NCBI GenBank assembly: GCA_963555755.3
Contig: OY820905.2
Location: 3,296,001 to 3,360,000 of the forward strand
Origin: Nitrospirales bacterium
Lineage (GTDB): Bacteria; Nitrospirota; Nitrospiria; Nitrospirales; UBA8639
Length of the DNA stretch: 64,000 bases
Direction: 5' to 3'
Both the position numbers and the translations under genes were made by a program. This document shows, piece after piece, positions 61,441-64,000 of the stretch (position 1 is its first letter; the number at the start of each line of letters is the position of its first letter). The notes under the pieces are model-generated. The model was not told where the DNA came from. It made no database searches and saw only the letters and a program-made list of their open reading frames with translations.

Positions 61441-61776
61441 TCATTCGTGCCAATCAGCTTGGACAGCCCAAAATTTGTAACGGACTGCCGGGTTTTGCCT
61501 GCCTTCCATGTTGGGGATGTCATAGAGACATTGGTCGACCGTCTCCACTTCTTCTCTGGTGAACTCATAAACTTTTGTGGTTTTCCAAAACTGGTCGTAG
61601 GTGAAATAATCACCTTTTACAGGTTTTTCTTTCAACGCCGCTTGCATTTCTTTAAACACAGTGGTGTCTGTACCAGGGATCCGACCGTTATTTCTGTCGA
61701 TACACCATTTGAGTATTTCGACAACACCATACATAGACAATTCAATTTTAAATTTGGTCGCTTGAGATTCTACCAT
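61441..61776 (-). CDS. Hypothetical protein
   Basis: GAGGAGG RBS before ATG; hydrophilic, protein-like sequence. Confidence 0.7.
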   Translation of the reverse strand: MVESQATKFKIELSMYGVVEILKWCIDRNNGRIPGTDTTVFKEMQAALKEKPVKGDYFTYDQFWKTTKVYEFTREEVETVDQCLYDIPNMEGRQNPAVRYKFWAVQADWHE

Positions 61777-62077
61777 TGCTTCCTCCTCTTGCTCTTGGTA
61801 ATTAAGAGAAAAGCTATAGCATATTTCTCTTTCCTTCTTCCAGTCGTTTTAGGCAATCAGGACTTTTCATTACACATTTCCCAGGCATTATGGGACCAAT
61901 CGCGCTAGTTTCGGGTCCAGACAGTAGGTCTTTGGCCTCACTATAGTGGGCGTTATATCAATCCGAGAAAAAAAATCGTATACTTCGCTACTTGTGTCCT
62001 CTCTGACAGAATTCAAAGAGAAAATCCGTCTCTTACGTGAGGGCGAGTGCCTGCCTTTTCCCCGATTGGTTGGAATA

Positions 62078-63235
62078 ATGATCCGAAACCTCACAGTCTT
62101 TCTTCTGTTCCTCTCCCTTACGGGGTGCCCGCCTGGCAATCCTTACGTTCCTCCGGATCTGCTCTATCTTTTTAAGAATTATGAGGTAGAAAAAAACCCC
62201 ACGGCCATTCGAGCCGGTGACTATAACAACGATGGGTTTACCGACTTGGTGACCAGTAATATTTCGTCCAATTCCCTATCTTTGTTATTTGGTAATGGAG
62301 ATGGGAGTTTCCAAACCCAGGTTCCCATCCGGGTTTGTCAGGAACCACGAAACCTGGCGGTTGAAGATTTTAATCAAGACACGCATCTCGATTTAGCCAT
62401 TGCTTGTTACGGCAGCGACCAAATCTCGATTCTTTCCGGGCGAGGCGATGGGACCTTTGAAAAGGTTTCTCAATACCATGTCAATCGAGGCCCTGTGTCC
62501 ATTGCGACGGGAGACTTTAATAGTGACCGGTTCCTGGACCTCGTCGTGGCGCTTCGCAACGACAAACTTCAATTGTTTTTTGGCAATGGCATGGGAAAAT
62601 TTCTCCGCGGTCCCCTGTATGTACATGGTGACACCCCAACGTCCGTGGTTACCGCCGACGTGAACGGAGACGGACACTTAGATTTGGCTGTTTCCAATGG
62701 TGGCCCCATGAGCAGTGCGGTCTCGATTTGGCTAGGACACGGCAATGGGAACTTTTCTCATGCCCACGATTATTGGACCGGCAAACGACCTGTATCCGTC
62801 TCGTTTGCCGACTTTAATAATGATGGCTTGCTGGACCTATTCGTGATCAATGGCCAAATGAACACCATTACCGTGTTTCTGGGAAACGGGGATGGCACGT
62901 TTCAGGATGGCATTGATTCGGGAGGGGATGCTGGCCCGAATCATGGGCTTGCTCAAGACTTTGATGGGGATAAAATTTTGGATATTGCCGTGGTGAATAT
63001 CCAATCAGGAAGCCTGTCCGTTCTGTTCGGAAAAGGGGATGGAAGCTTTCAGTATCCTCCGCGCCTTTACCCGACCCCGTACGCCCCTTTTGCGATCACC
63101 TCCCTGACACTGGCCAAGGATCGGGACGAACAGCCCGGTTTGGCCATCGTGAATAATGCGAAACATAGCGTATCGATTTTTCTCCACCATGGGCTTAACT
63201 CACGGAAAGTCTTAGGAAGCGTCACTGAGGGATAG
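62078..63235 (+). CDS. FG-GAP/VCBS repeat lipoprotein
   Basis: LTGC lipobox; repeated D(F/Y)NxDGxxDL...GNGDG.F. Confidence 0.9.
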   Translation: MIRNLTVFLLFLSLTGCPPGNPYVPPDLLYLFKNYEVEKNPTAIRAGDYNNDGFTDLVTSNISSNSLSLLFGNGDGSFQTQVPIRVCQEPRNLAVEDFNQDTHLDLAIACYGSDQISILSGRGDGTFEKVSQYHVNRGPVSIATGDFNSDRFLDLVVALRNDKLQLFFGNGMGKFLRGPLYVHGDTPTSVVTADVNGDGHLDLAVSNGGPMSSAVSIWLGHGNGNFSHAHDYWTGKRPVSVSFADFNNDGLLDLFVINGQMNTITVFLGNGDGTFQDGIDSGGDAGPNHGLAQDFDGDKILDIAVVNIQSGSLSVLFGKGDGSFQYPPRLYPTPYAPFAITSLTLAKDRDEQPGLAIVNNAKHSVSIFLHHGLNSRKVLGSVTEG

Positions 63236-63362
63236 TCTGTGATGGGTCATTCACCGCAGGTCTTTTTCTTGACACTCCACCGGATACCTGGATACATTAA
63301 CAGCTCGCCTAGGAAACCTTGCCAGGGTGTTCATGCCACGGTCACACTGCTCGTGAGGTAAT

Positions 63363-63563
63363 ATGCGGACGTTCGTATGGTGGTTCGGAATGGGGTCGCT
63401 GTTGACTCTTGCCGTATTGATGGTACAAGGAGGTGTTAGAGACCTTCTTGCTGGCACACCGGACTCCAGTTCGGTTGAAGCGTTTTTTTCAATAGGATCA
63501 ACCACCCTTGGAGGTGGGCTTCTGGCTGGCTGCATCGCGGTTATATTGAATCGGCTTCGTTAG
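63363..63563 (+). CDS. Small two-TM membrane protein
   Basis: GAGGT RBS; two hydrophobic segments. Confidence 0.5.
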   Translation: MRTFVWWFGMGSLLTLAVLMVQGGVRDLLAGTPDSSSVEAFFSIGSTTLGGGLLAGCIAVILNRLR

Positions 63564-63620
63564 GTTGAACATTGTGGCCCTCGCATGGGTCAGTGAGAGT
63601 AGGACAGGAAAGAATTTGTA

Positions 63621-63803
63621 ATGGAATGTCTCAAATGCAAGGGCTTCATGATGGTCGACCACCATTACACGACCATGGCAAAGCGTCTGTATGCCCGATG
63701 CCTCAATTGCGGCTTTTGGTTTGACCTCGTGGATGTACTCCGATTTTTTCATCGAGTCCTGGACAGCGCGTATCGTGGCGCAAAAATTCGCGATACCCTG
63801 TAA
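63621..63803 (+). CDS. Small zinc-ribbon protein
   Basis: MECLKCKG.M ... RCLNCG. Confidence 0.6.
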   Translation: MECLKCKGFMMVDHHYTTMAKRLYARCLNCGFWFDLVDVLRFFHRVLDSAYRGAKIRDTL

Positions 63804-64000
63804 TCCTTCCTTATTTCGGCAACGGCTCTCCTCCCCCCTACATTTCGGTTTTAGAACGTGTGTTTCCCTCTGTTTGGAAAATCGTGAGCGACTGCTAATG
63901 CTTCGATAGCAATTTAAGAGCCTCTCGAATGAGGTCATCCAGTGGTAATGGGGAGGCGTGGTCCCGGGAAATTTTCGTAATCGTGTCTTTCACATCTCGT

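Noticed and set aside
62200..63050. Repeated motifs
   Set aside because: Protein-level FG-GAP repeats, not a DNA array

Overview
Bacterial chromosomal window. Gene content and repeat style resemble Nitrospirota; this is an inference, not a database result. Housekeeping and accessory genes: a Dpp/Opp-type ABC importer, a polyphosphate cluster (ppk1, CYTH-CHAD, IMPase-family phosphatase, truncated ppx, two sixA), a sigma-54 response regulator, a YbbAP-like ABC transporter, a lemA operon, a type E succinate dehydrogenase/fumarate reductase (sdhA-sdhB-HdrB-like), prfC, a TetR-RND efflux operon and several small genes. Mobile or unusual DNA: (1) a complete IS4-family element whose transposase is fused to a DruA/DUF4338 domain, with TIRs, a near-perfect 10-bp target duplication and a phased subterminal repeat array; (2) a tandem IS1595 pair; (3) a duplicated sixA...exonuclease frame carrying mazEF in one copy and a NotI-like restriction-modification pair in the other, with attC-like remnants; (4) an orphan TIGR02710-like CARF protein with degenerate motifs, back-to-back with a candidate ~220-nt rod-shaped ncRNA; (5) many MITE-like elements with different terminal repeats that nest inside each other and share one internal stem-loop module. 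I saw no rRNA, tRNA or CRISPR array. All family assignments are from motif recognition by eye.
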